Source: Eledone cirrhosa (Eukaryota). Taken from it: a stretch of DNA of 64,000 nucleotides. Every line of letters begins with the position of its first letter. Within the stretch, counting starts at the first letter, position 1. The notes beneath the pieces were generated by a model. That model saw only the letters and a program-made list of their open reading frames with translations. It was not told the DNA's origin and searched no databases. The stretch spans positions 58,714,001 through 58,778,000 of the forward strand of contig OZ024744.1 in the NCBI GenBank assembly GCA_964016885.1. The letters run 5' to 3'. This document shows positions 54,630 through 64,000 of this stretch, one piece after another. Made by a program: the position numbers and the translations under genes.

Positions 54630-57600
54630 ATGTCTGTGTTATGTCTGCCGCCCAAATTTGCGACATTCAAGAAGGTAAATATGATTAGTTGTCTGTCAGA
54701 AATAGAAAAATCATTTACTAAACTACGCTGGAGCATCAAAAACAAAAGCAACAATATACGCACACACATATACAACACACATCCCAACAACAACAGACAC
54801 ACAGACACAGACAACAATAACAACAACACACACATCAACAACAACAACAATAGCAACATACCCAGATACAACAACAACAGACACGCAGACACAAACAACA
54901 ATAACAACACACACAACAACGATAACACACACGGAGACAACAATAACAACAACACACACATCAACAACAACAACAATAGCAACATACCCAGATACAACAA
55001 CAACAGACACGCAGATACAAACAACAATAACAACACACACAACAACGATAACACACACGGAGACAACAACAACACACATCAACAACAACACACATCAACA
55101 ACAACAACAACATACACGCATTCAATGCCTCTCACCACAACCACAATCTTAACAAACACACAGACACAGAAAACAAGTAATGACAGTAGCACAGAAATCA
55201 GAGAAATAAGAGAAAGTGATAGGATTAAAAGGAAAAGGAGATGGGAGACTAAGGACAAAGAGAATAACCAAGACGAACACACAGACACACAAAATAGGGT
55301 AGATAACAACATTGAGCCAGTGGAAAGAGACAGGAGTAATTATGAGAGACATAGAAACAACCATGAGGCTGTTGGTGGAAATAGAAATAGAAACAACACA
55401 ACTAACAATAATAATAGCACTAGTACACATAAAGCAGCAGCCTGGAACTCTCCGTTTTATAATCCCTCCGATAAATCATTCGACCTACGACGAGTCCACG
55501 CCACGACTTTGCCATTTAACAAACGCACGCAGTTGCCGTCGCAGGTCGATGAACAAATAGAAGCACAATTTAGTATAGCTAAATCCGAACTTAGAAATAT
55601 TATAGAACAGTATAGCAAGAAGCATAATAGAATAGAGGCCCAGCAACTGGGAGAAAAATCTGCAAATGGCTTGCGTAAGCTCATGCAGCACTCACGTAAT
55701 GGAGAGATAGCATGTTTTCCAACAGACAAGTCTGGCAGAATGTCGGTTGACAGCCTGCCAAACTACATCCAGGCAATGCAACCCCACATCACTAACACAA
55801 GAGAGGTAACACCACAGGAGCATGAGGATAGAGAAAAAGCCCTCAATGCCCATATGGTGATGTGGACGAATATAATGCAGCCCAACAAAAGGACTGCCAA
55901 CAACTTCCAGGCCTGGAACAATGACGTGCCGGCGTTGCATGGGCTTCGAAAAGACCATAAAACGGGCTGGGACCCTGTCGCGGGACCACCAACACGGCCA
56001 GTCTGTGGGGCTAACATTGCTAGTAACTACAGACTGTCCTACTTCCTCTCCCTGATCATACGCCCCATCATTGAGATGTCCCCAGATGTATGTGACAGCA
56101 CGGAGGACCTCCTCAGCGGAATCGGCGCGGGTAACCGATCTGGGGACCTAACAAACTGCATAATAGGCAGTATGGATGTTGTGTCCCTGTATCCATCTAT
56201 TGACGTGGATTTTGCTGTGGAGAAATGCGTAGAAATGATCAGCGAGAGCAAGGTTGAGTTCCGTGGGATTGATACCAGTGAGCTGGGACTTCTACTTAAG
56301 CTTACCCATAGTAATAGTTACCTAGACACTTATGACCTTAGCAACCTGTGCCCTACAAGACCAGCAAGAGGCAGACCACCTACCATTACCTCAATGGCCA
56401 AGAAAACCCACACAGATAGATTGAACGGGTGGACCAGAGCCATACGGACACCCGAAAACCACGATGAACTGAAGAAAATGATTGCACATGCGGTAGGGGC
56501 CAGCATAAAATTAACCCTTAAGGAACATATGTTCAAATTTAATGGTAAAACATATGCCCAAGAGGAAGGAGCAGCCATTGGTGTTAGCATTGCAGGCGAC
56601 ATAGCTAACTTATTCATGGTATGGTGGGACAGTAGACTTAAACAAAAACTTAAAGAACAATTAGAAGACAGCTTAACCCTGATAATGTACTCCCGCTACG
56701 TAGATGATATAAACATCGTAGTTAAGACACCCCCACTAAAGAACAGTCAGGAACTAGAGAAAAACACAATGGAAAGCATCCAGCAAATAGCAAACTCCAT
56801 CCAACAGAGCATTAGAGTTACTATAGACTACCCAAGTAGACACCCCAACCATCGATTACCTGTACTAGACACAGAGCTCTGGTTAGATACCATTAACAAC
56901 CAAAAACAAATCCTCCATTCCCATTATGCCAAACCCATGACTTCCAAACATCTGATCCACCGAAACTCGGCCATTTCGGACCATACCAAAATCAACATAC
57001 TGATTGCGGATTTGGTACGGGTGATGAGAAATGTGTCCCGCATGTGCAACCCCGAAGAACTAGAGAGACACATACAACACTTCATCCACCGTATGCAGTT
57101 CTCTGGCTACAATCAGAGAGATAGAATCAGAGTGTATAAAGGAGCCAGAACCAAATGGGAAAAAATGGTAAATAATGACATAAATGGGACCTGCCCCTTG
57201 TATAGGAGCAAATTTTGGAATAGAATAGAAAGAACTAGGAACAAGGCCAATAGAATAAACTCATGGTATGATAGCAATAAATACCAGAGTGTAATGTTCA
57301 TCAATACAACCCCTAGAGGCGAACTAGCCTACAAATTTAGAAGGGCCCTAAATAAACATAATCTCAATATTAAGATAGTAGAAAGACCAGGTACCTCCGT
57401 AAAAACACTTATTAGCAAGACATACCCGTTCCAAAGACCCTCATGTATAGATAAGAAATGTATAACCTGTAAAATAAGCCCCCATATTAACTGTAAAACT
57501 AGAAATGTAGTATATAGCATAAGATGTACTGAAGGACAATGTAGAGACAAAAATATAGTGTACATAGGCGAGACAGCTCGTAGTATAGGGGAACGAATAA

Positions 57601-57827
57601 ATGAACACTGGCGAGACCTCCAAGATAATAAAGAATCATCTGTGCTCTACCAACATGCTAAGATAGAACACAGGGGTAGATTAGAGAACATAGAAATAAA
57701 AATAGAATCCACACACAGAAAAGACGCAATGTTTAGGCAAATTACAGAGGCAGTAAACATAAAAGAATTAAAACCAAAATTAAATAGAAAATATGAGTGG
57801 AACAGCAACATCACAACTTACAATTAA
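54630..57827 (+). CDS. PLE reverse transcriptase plus GIY-YIG endonuclease, 1065 aa (frame open upstream to the inversion junction, probably 5'-truncated)
   Basis: PTDKSG, GSMDVVSLYPSI, GAAIG and RYVDD; Cys-rich linker CIDKKCITC...C; NVVYSIRC...VYIGETARSIGERINEH. Confidence 0.92.
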   Translation: MSVLCLPPKFATFKKVNMISCLSEIEKSFTKLRWSIKNKSNNIRTHIYNTHPNNNRHTDTDNNNNNTHINNNNNSNIPRYNNNRHADTNNNNNTHNNDNTHGDNNNNNTHINNNNNSNIPRYNNNRHADTNNNNNTHNNDNTHGDNNNTHQQQHTSTTTTTYTHSMPLTTTTILTNTQTQKTSNDSSTEIREIRESDRIKRKRRWETKDKENNQDEHTDTQNRVDNNIEPVERDRSNYERHRNNHEAVGGNRNRNNTTNNNNSTSTHKAAAWNSPFYNPSDKSFDLRRVHATTLPFNKRTQLPSQVDEQIEAQFSIAKSELRNIIEQYSKKHNRIEAQQLGEKSANGLRKLMQHSRNGEIACFPTDKSGRMSVDSLPNYIQAMQPHITNTREVTPQEHEDREKALNAHMVMWTNIMQPNKRTANNFQAWNNDVPALHGLRKDHKTGWDPVAGPPTRPVCGANIASNYRLSYFLSLIIRPIIEMSPDVCDSTEDLLSGIGAGNRSGDLTNCIIGSMDVVSLYPSIDVDFAVEKCVEMISESKVEFRGIDTSELGLLLKLTHSNSYLDTYDLSNLCPTRPARGRPPTITSMAKKTHTDRLNGWTRAIRTPENHDELKKMIAHAVGASIKLTLKEHMFKFNGKTYAQEEGAAIGVSIAGDIANLFMVWWDSRLKQKLKEQLEDSLTLIMYSRYVDDINIVVKTPPLKNSQELEKNTMESIQQIANSIQQSIRVTIDYPSRHPNHRLPVLDTELWLDTINNQKQILHSHYAKPMTSKHLIHRNSAISDHTKINILIADLVRVMRNVSRMCNPEELERHIQHFIHRMQFSGYNQRDRIRVYKGARTKWEKMVNNDINGTCPLYRSKFWNRIERTRNKANRINSWYDSNKYQSVMFINTTPRGELAYKFRRALNKHNLNIKIVERPGTSVKTLISKTYPFQRPSCIDKKCITCKISPHINCKTRNVVYSIRCTEGQCRDKNIVYIGETARSIGERINEHWRDLQDNKESSVLYQHAKIEHRGRLENIEIKIESTHRKDAMFRQITEAVNIKELKPKLNRKYEWNSNITTYN

Positions 57828-58057
57828 GGACAAAATGAAAACACACACAGGACAAAATGAAAACACACACACATATAGAACAAACAACCAACCAACAATA
57901 AATAAATAAATAAATAAACAAATAGATAAATTAACACAAACACACACAGACACCCGGATGTGGCGCATGCGCAAACTGAGCACACACAACACACACAGAA
58001 ACAAAATGGCGTAGGATAGAAGAAAGGAAAGGCACAGAAACAAAGAAAGGAATCCCC

Positions 58058-58102
58058 AGTCACTGAAGAGGTCACAGAGTGTGTGACGAAAGGACTATGA
58101 CT
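58058..58102 (+). ncRNA. Minimal type I hammerhead in the 3' pLTR
   Basis: AGUCA-CUGAAGA-G-GUCAC AGAGUGU GUGAC-GAA-AG GA CU-A-UGACU. Confidence 0.7.
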
Positions 58103-58260
58103 ATATATAAACAACTATCTCGTTGTGGAACCAACCAACCAACCAGAAATTTATAGGTTTGTAAATTTGTAAATTTATAAATTTATAAATATATAATAAA
58201 TTGAAGTGAAAGCAACTGGTGCGTGTGTTTCTTATTGGCAACATGACCCTCCCAAAGTAT

Positions 58261-58327
<67 letters not shown>

Positions 58328-58369
58328 AGAAAAAAGAGAATCAGTGTTGTGACGAAAGGAGTTTATTTA

Positions 58370-58461
58370 ACTTATTACAAATGTTTCTCGTGCGATCAGC
58401 TCAAGGCACGATCGATATTGTGATCAAACCTGACTCTGAAATCAACAGTCGTCAGATATGT
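58370..58461 (-). ncRNA. Hammerhead with long stem II (3' pLTR copy)
   Basis: ACAUAU-CUGACGA-(~63 nt)-GAAAC AUUU GUA-AUAAGU, one helix I mismatch. Confidence 0.55.
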
Positions 58462-60087
58462 CTCGATTCTACGAAGCTGATTTTCCTATAGTCCTTTAAC
58501 ATCGAATTTCTTCGTTTATTGATTTAGATCCTGTTGTTGTCATTCCATGAGTAGTTAAGAATTGTACACGTCACCGGTATTCCTAGCCACTCATGGTTGC
58601 CCAATTCTTGCTTCCTCTCGTTCTCCACCTGTCAATCAAAATTTCTTCATGTATCAGAATTACTACTGTGGTGGGAGAAGTGTTGTAATGTTGAACAGCT
58701 GGCATCACTTCGACGTCTTCTTTGCCCCTAGGCGCCTTAGTCTATATCGGTCAGGTACACACCCGCAATTATTCTGTATGCGGCATTCATCATAAATAAT
58801 GTTTTGCGGGAATTAAAAAAACAAACAAATCATGGGGATATTTAGAGTAACATTAGTAGGACACAGCCTTAGGATACACTCCGCCATACATATTTCGAAT
58901 GAAAGGAGAAAGGAAAAGAAAGAACCTGTAGCAAGAACGTTTTTTAAAAAAACGTTTTTAAAAAAAATAAGCTTTCAACAACCATTCGAACGGAAGGGCT
59001 ATATCAAAGATGTTTTCAACACTCACACACTGGACTCAGGGTAGCGTGCGTAGACAAGACGCCGCACACTTATTTAGGCAGATGGGAAAAGAAAACTCCA
59101 TGGAAAGTCATCCGTACCCCCAGGCAAACATGCTCAGACAAATCCATGACCCAGGCATGCACACACCAGTGCTCATGCATGTCTGTCTGGGCACGCATAC
59201 ATACCGGGTGCTCAACACCGGATGCATATACTTGATGAGTATCCTCCCTCCATCCGTCCCCCCACGCACCGCTGCGCAGGTGGTGCACACAGTATTGTAT
59301 GAGACAACGCATTTGAGGCCCTGACCCAACCCGATCACGTGGCGGTGTGAGTCCGAGGGCGTCTGCACAATATGCCTACATGTTACGGCAGTACAATATC
59401 CCTGCACTAATCGCATATATCGTGGGTGGCCCATATATAAAAAAAAACCTGTGTGTACACAACACAAAATAATGAAATAGTATACAATAATAAAATAAAA
59501 TACAATATAATAAAATGCTGGAAAAAGAGAATGCATACATGACAAGGATGCAGAGGGAGGGGGACCGGGCATTATCGAGATGTGCTTAAAGTTTCATACA
59601 GTAGTTGTGGGCTGTGGTGCAAATGTTTATATGATATACATGTGGGCTGTTGGGCTAAGGCACTGAGTAGGAGCCTGCGCATGACGCAGGTCTCGTTGCT
59701 TGTGGGTAGGTGGGGGTCGTGCGTGCACAAACAAGTTATATATATTGTGGTTATGTGTAACATCCATTTCATAAAAGTATATATGAGATGTACATGGAAT
59801 ATAAAGGGTATGTGCTTCATAACAATATATATGGAATGCATGTGGAGTGTATGCATGATGTAATGTGCCAGCGCCATGCGTTGTGTGCGTGTGTATATCG
59901 GTGGCATGGAACGACAAAATTAAAACTTGAAGTCAAAATCACAATTAAAATTAAAATTAGCTGAAATACTAGCCTTAAGACCAGCATCATGCCCATCATC
60001 CAAGTAGCGGATTAAGCACCGCGAATCGAATATCGGAAATCAACAATTTAAAAATGTTTAAGTTTGAAAATTTAGAAATTTGAAAAT

Positions 60088-63000
60088 TTAAAACCACACA
60101 TATGTCTGTGGACCCAATCCTACTTGTAATGAGTCCGCGTCCGCAAATTGGTGTGGTGGTGCTATTAAGGTGTTCCACGAGGTGGGCAACGTTTGAACTG
60201 TCCCTGTTATCAGCTTGTGCTGCCATGCATTCATAGATATGCAGTGTTGAATTGTGGTCCGCTGCATGCGCTCCACCTGGTGTTGCGGTGCCGGTGGTGC
60301 GTTATGCCGGTGGTCCGGTATCTCTAGGGCAGAGAGTGTGCATTTATGTTGATGTCTGCATGCCATGATTATTTCAGACTTGAGATTGACTGCGTCGCCC
60401 TTAAGTTTTATTATCTCCATAGCCTCGGACAGGCATAACTTGCACTTCCTATCTCGGCCGAGTACGCATTCGCATGCTGAACAATACCCCAGCTGAGGTC
60501 ATATTCAATGCCATTGTCCTTGAGTCTCCACACTAAGTCCGCCAATCTGGTGGAGTGTCTGTTGTTCCTGTCCTTGAACGAGCTCTTGTGGTTGTACATC
60601 CTCGACTTAAAAGTCGTGGATGTAGCTCCGATGTATGTGTGGCTATCGTTGTGCTTGGTAACCACACATCTGTATACAACGCCCTTTGTCAGGCACATTC
60701 CCTGCAAGGGACACTCCTCACGAACACGGCAGTTACATGTCCGTGTATCATTTTTACAACTCCCGTTACGTGGTCCTGGCGTCTTATTTGTGTTCTCACC
60801 GGTCCTCGAGTGGTGCTCCGGCGGAGTGGTCGGCTCAATGTTCACCACCATCTTGTCTCTGCTTGCAGTTCTGGGGCCCTCCGCATCTGCGAGTCTGCCC
60901 CCAGGCACGTCCCCAGAACCATCAGCCACTTCCGCGTGCTCTCTCCGCAACTCCCCCGTCGGGTCTGATTCCTGACCGTTGTGCCCATGAGGTGTCCTCA
61001 ATTTCAACGCGTTGGTTCTGGCCATGTAGTTCGCCATGTTGGATGCCGTGGCAAATGAGAACTTCACGGTGTGCTGATTGAAAATGTTGTGGTACTTGTG
61101 TGAAGCCGGGAAACATTCGTCCAATGCCCTGAAGAAGAGACCTGGCACGTTCGTGCGTACATGCTTCGAGTATGGTGCATTAAACCATGTGACGTTTCTA
61201 GATCTATTTCTATTACGTCGTCTGCTACTAGTGGTGCTTGCAATGTCAAGCTGCTCTCTCGGGTTAAGCCCTACTCCTAATTGACACCCCTCCCTCATTC
61301 TATCCCTATGCATAGAACTGTTACTTAAGTCTGTGGATAGGCCTTCGCTCTCTATGTCGTTCTGGGCACGGTTTCTAGCCCTATTATCCGTCTCTGTCCC
61401 GCTACCCGAGTATCCTGGCATATCATAACTGGTATTCTTAGTCTTGGTATTACCCCTATAGCTCCGGGCTGGGTTATCTACTTCACTATCTATGGTTTGC
61501 CCGTCGCAGTCCATGGATTTATTACTGTTCAGTCCGTATGTGTTGTGGTCCCTAGGGTTCCCGAGCTCCTTCAGCTGTCTATGCGGTGTGTGGTCATCAT
61601 TGTCGTGTTTTATACTCCTATCTATACTGTTGGGTGTTTGCTTACGGGTAGGTTGTCTGCCTAAGTTATTACTAGCGGTATCCGGGTGTTTTTGTTGCTC
61701 GCTATGGGGCCTGCCCTTGTCCGGGGTATATACTATGGCTTCTGTATACCCTACCCTGCTCAGTGCCTCATTGTAGTAGTCGGCGTGCTGTAGCGTCAAT
61801 AACCGATTGGGGTGGTTTGAGTGCCTGTTTACATACTGCAGGTTCTCGTTGGGCTTGTGATATGGTCGGTATAAGCCTGTATCCAGTTCCAAGGATACGT
61901 CTAGGAAATTTACTGTCTTAGTGCTATTTTCTATTAGCACGGATAAGCCATGCTGTTTAAAGAAATGTGAAATGCGCTTCCGTATGCGCTCCAGCTGGAT
62001 AGAATTTAATGAGCGGAAGGTAAATAGGGCGCCGTCTCTATATATCCCTCCGCCTATCCCTGGAATCTCCTCTGCTAGTCTATGGAGTAGATAAATTCCC
62101 ACCAAGTCCGTCACCTGTGCGGAGTCGCTCGAGCCCATAGTGATGTCGAAACTGTCGGGTCTATCCCTCGTTTCCTACAGTCTACCGTCAAACCTAATGA
62201 GTGTCTTTCTATCAGCTATAATGATGTCTACTTCACCTCTAGTTAAGTTGGACTTGCCATAGCGCTCATGAGGACCTTGTTTACAATTACTGGTGAGATA
62301 GACGCGTAGTAATTTGCTATGTCCAGCTGCACAAAGTTCACTTGCTGCTTGTTGGGCAGCGCTGTAAACCAGTCTATTACCTCCTTAGTGGAAGTCCATA
62401 AGCTAAGTCTATTTCTATTCATAAGGGTGAGCAGTATCTTATCTATAATATTCTTACTGGCCCTACCTAGGTCGGACTTGAAAGGTGCTATTAGTCTAAC
62501 CGGGAGGTTGGTCTTAAAGTCTAATGTATGGTCCTTGGTGAAAATCCGTGGTTTTCTAGGTACGTATTGTTCTGTCCTGTCTGCTACTTCCAGTCCTGTC
62601 ATTAAGCTTTTGGTCGTGTAGTTGATTCTGTCAAAGTTGTCCTGACCCTTAATCCTATAAATCATTTTCCGTAGGTTCCGTGGTTCATCCTGTAAATGTT
62701 ATCCGTCTTATCCGAAGGTACAAGTAAGTCCGGGCAACTCTCCATGCTTTTAATCTTAGAGCTGAGCTCTTTCAGATACTGGTTTCCGCGTGCTGGATTA
62801 CTGTTGAATTTTATGTTCCTTACGATACCTACTAGGCGGTTTTCGAAGGTTTCCAGTGCCCCGTTGTGCGGGGGGCGGGTCGCCTCGACTTGAAAATCCT
62901 CCTAAGGCGGTCGCGTGAGATGTCCTGAGTCTGTTGTTTATTCCCGTGGTCGTAGTGGAAGGCGCGCCATCTCATGCGCTTGAAAAATGAGTTGGTGTGG

Positions 63001-63095
63001 TGGATGAGTAGGCGAAGGTAGGTGTTGTCCGAAGGTATCGGGATGTCTTTGGACGAGGAAGAGTACTGAAATCTCTCCATGGCAATTCGCTTCAA
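60088..63095 (-). pseudogene. Decayed PLE RT-GIY-YIG ORF
   Basis: KDIPIPS...KRMRWRA, LDIANYYASIS, FDITMGS, IYRDG (catalytic YRDD altered), CNCRVREECPL, VVY...YIG, KCKLCLSE and CRH; frameshifts and a TAG at ~62175. Confidence 0.85.
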
Positions 63096-63247
63096 GCGCT
63101 CGACTTGTGGAGGAGCAAAATAATTGGTGTTGGATGCTTAAAGCATCCGTGTGCAATAGGCCGAATAAGCACTCGATGCTCACATAGAGCAGAGTATGAT
63201 ATCACAGAAAAAAGAGAATCAGTGTTGCGACGAAAGGAATTTATTTA

Positions 63248-63341
63248 ACATATTACAAATGTTTCTCGGGCGATCAGCTTGAGGCACGATCGATATTGTG
63301 ATCATACCTGACTCTGAAATCAACACGGTCGTCAGATATGT
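63248..63341 (-). ncRNA. Hammerhead with long stem II (5' pLTR copy)
   Basis: ACAUAU-CUGACGA-(~65 nt)-GAAAC AUUU GUA-AUAUGU, perfect 6-bp helix I. Confidence 0.65.
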
Positions 63342-63477
63342 CTCGATTCTACGAAGCAGATTTTCCTATAGTTCTTTAACATCGAATTTCTTCGATTATT
63401 GATTTAGATCCTGTTGTTGTCATTCTATGAGTGGTATATATATATATATATATATATATAACGTGTGTGTGTGCGTG

Positions 63478-63557
<80 letters not shown>

Positions 63558-64000
63558 AAAGATTTTGACTAACTAGGGTTGTGCATGCAATACTCCAATC
63601 CGTAAATAATGATGTAATTAAGTTCAAGTATTCAACGTCATTATATCTTTCCAATTCCGATGTGGTAGTACATGACAGACTCTTCTAAGAGCAACATCGA
63701 ATACAAGTCCAACCCCTTATCAATAGCCTGTATTGCATCAGAAATATTACGTAACAACCTTTATTTCTTAATATGCTGTCTGACGAAGTCGTTAGAAATT
63801 TCATGGTGGCAGCATTACACAATTACTAACGCCACAGAAATGTATATTACAGCGGATCATAAATACACGAAATTATGAAAACCTACATATGTACTTCGTA
63901 TTTTCATCATTATTATGTAAAGTTTTCCAAGAGATGGCGAAATGAACAGACCTGCTTTCTCACGAAGCTTGCTTATCTTGACTCAACATGCTTGCTTATC

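Larger units (their letters stand above)
54284..58268 (+). mobile_element. Penelope-like element with an inverted 5' pLTR
   Basis: 54339-54565 is the reverse complement of 58042-58268 (one mismatch seen); (TA)n on both sides; RT+GIY-YIG ORF inside. Confidence 0.92.
58321..63435 (-). mobile_element. Naiad-like Penelope element with direct pLTRs (58321-58555 and 63199-63435)
   Basis: ~235-bp direct repeats, each with a hammerhead motif; (TA)n flanks; decayed RT+GIY-YIG ORF. Confidence 0.85.

Noticed and set aside
54599-55430. Hydrophobic minus-strand ORFs (Leu/Val/Cys-rich)
   Set aside because: They are antisense shadows of the (CAA)/(CA)-rich PLE coding region.
60088-63095. Selenocysteine recoding as reported for some Naiad PLEs
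   Set aside because: The conserved Cys positions I checked use TGC/TGT. The disruptions are frameshifts and a TAG, not in-frame TGA.

Overview
Eukaryotic, AT-rich, repeat-dense window with no recognisable host gene. The SINE, LINE and microsatellite make-up looks like an octopus/cephalopod genome (inference). It is a nest of mobile elements. Helitrons: one near full-length RepHel Helitron (16695-23087, minus), several non-autonomous copies and two older coding remnants. Penelope-like elements (PLEs): two arranged tail-to-tail, one with an open 1065-aa RT+GIY-YIG ORF between inverted pLTRs and one decayed Naiad-like copy with direct pLTRs. Also present are a non-coding LTR element with a 4-bp TSD, LINE fragments (RTE, CR1/L2-like, Tx1/L1-like, CRE-like), tRNA-derived SINEs and a ~15.6-kb C-rich satellite of 43-50 bp units with a 200-N gap. 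The most interesting unannotated signal is about a dozen type I hammerhead ribozyme motifs, mostly in small (TA)n-flanked non-coding elements and PLE pLTRs. Several have unusually long, structured stem II extensions and a non-canonical 10.1-11.1 pair. Other notable structures are a twin-priming-type RTE insertion, an ~800-bp inverted duplication bracketing the Helitron, TG...AA LTR ends and a ~2.75-kb higher-order duplication inside the satellite. All calls were made by eye; no searches or folding programs were run.
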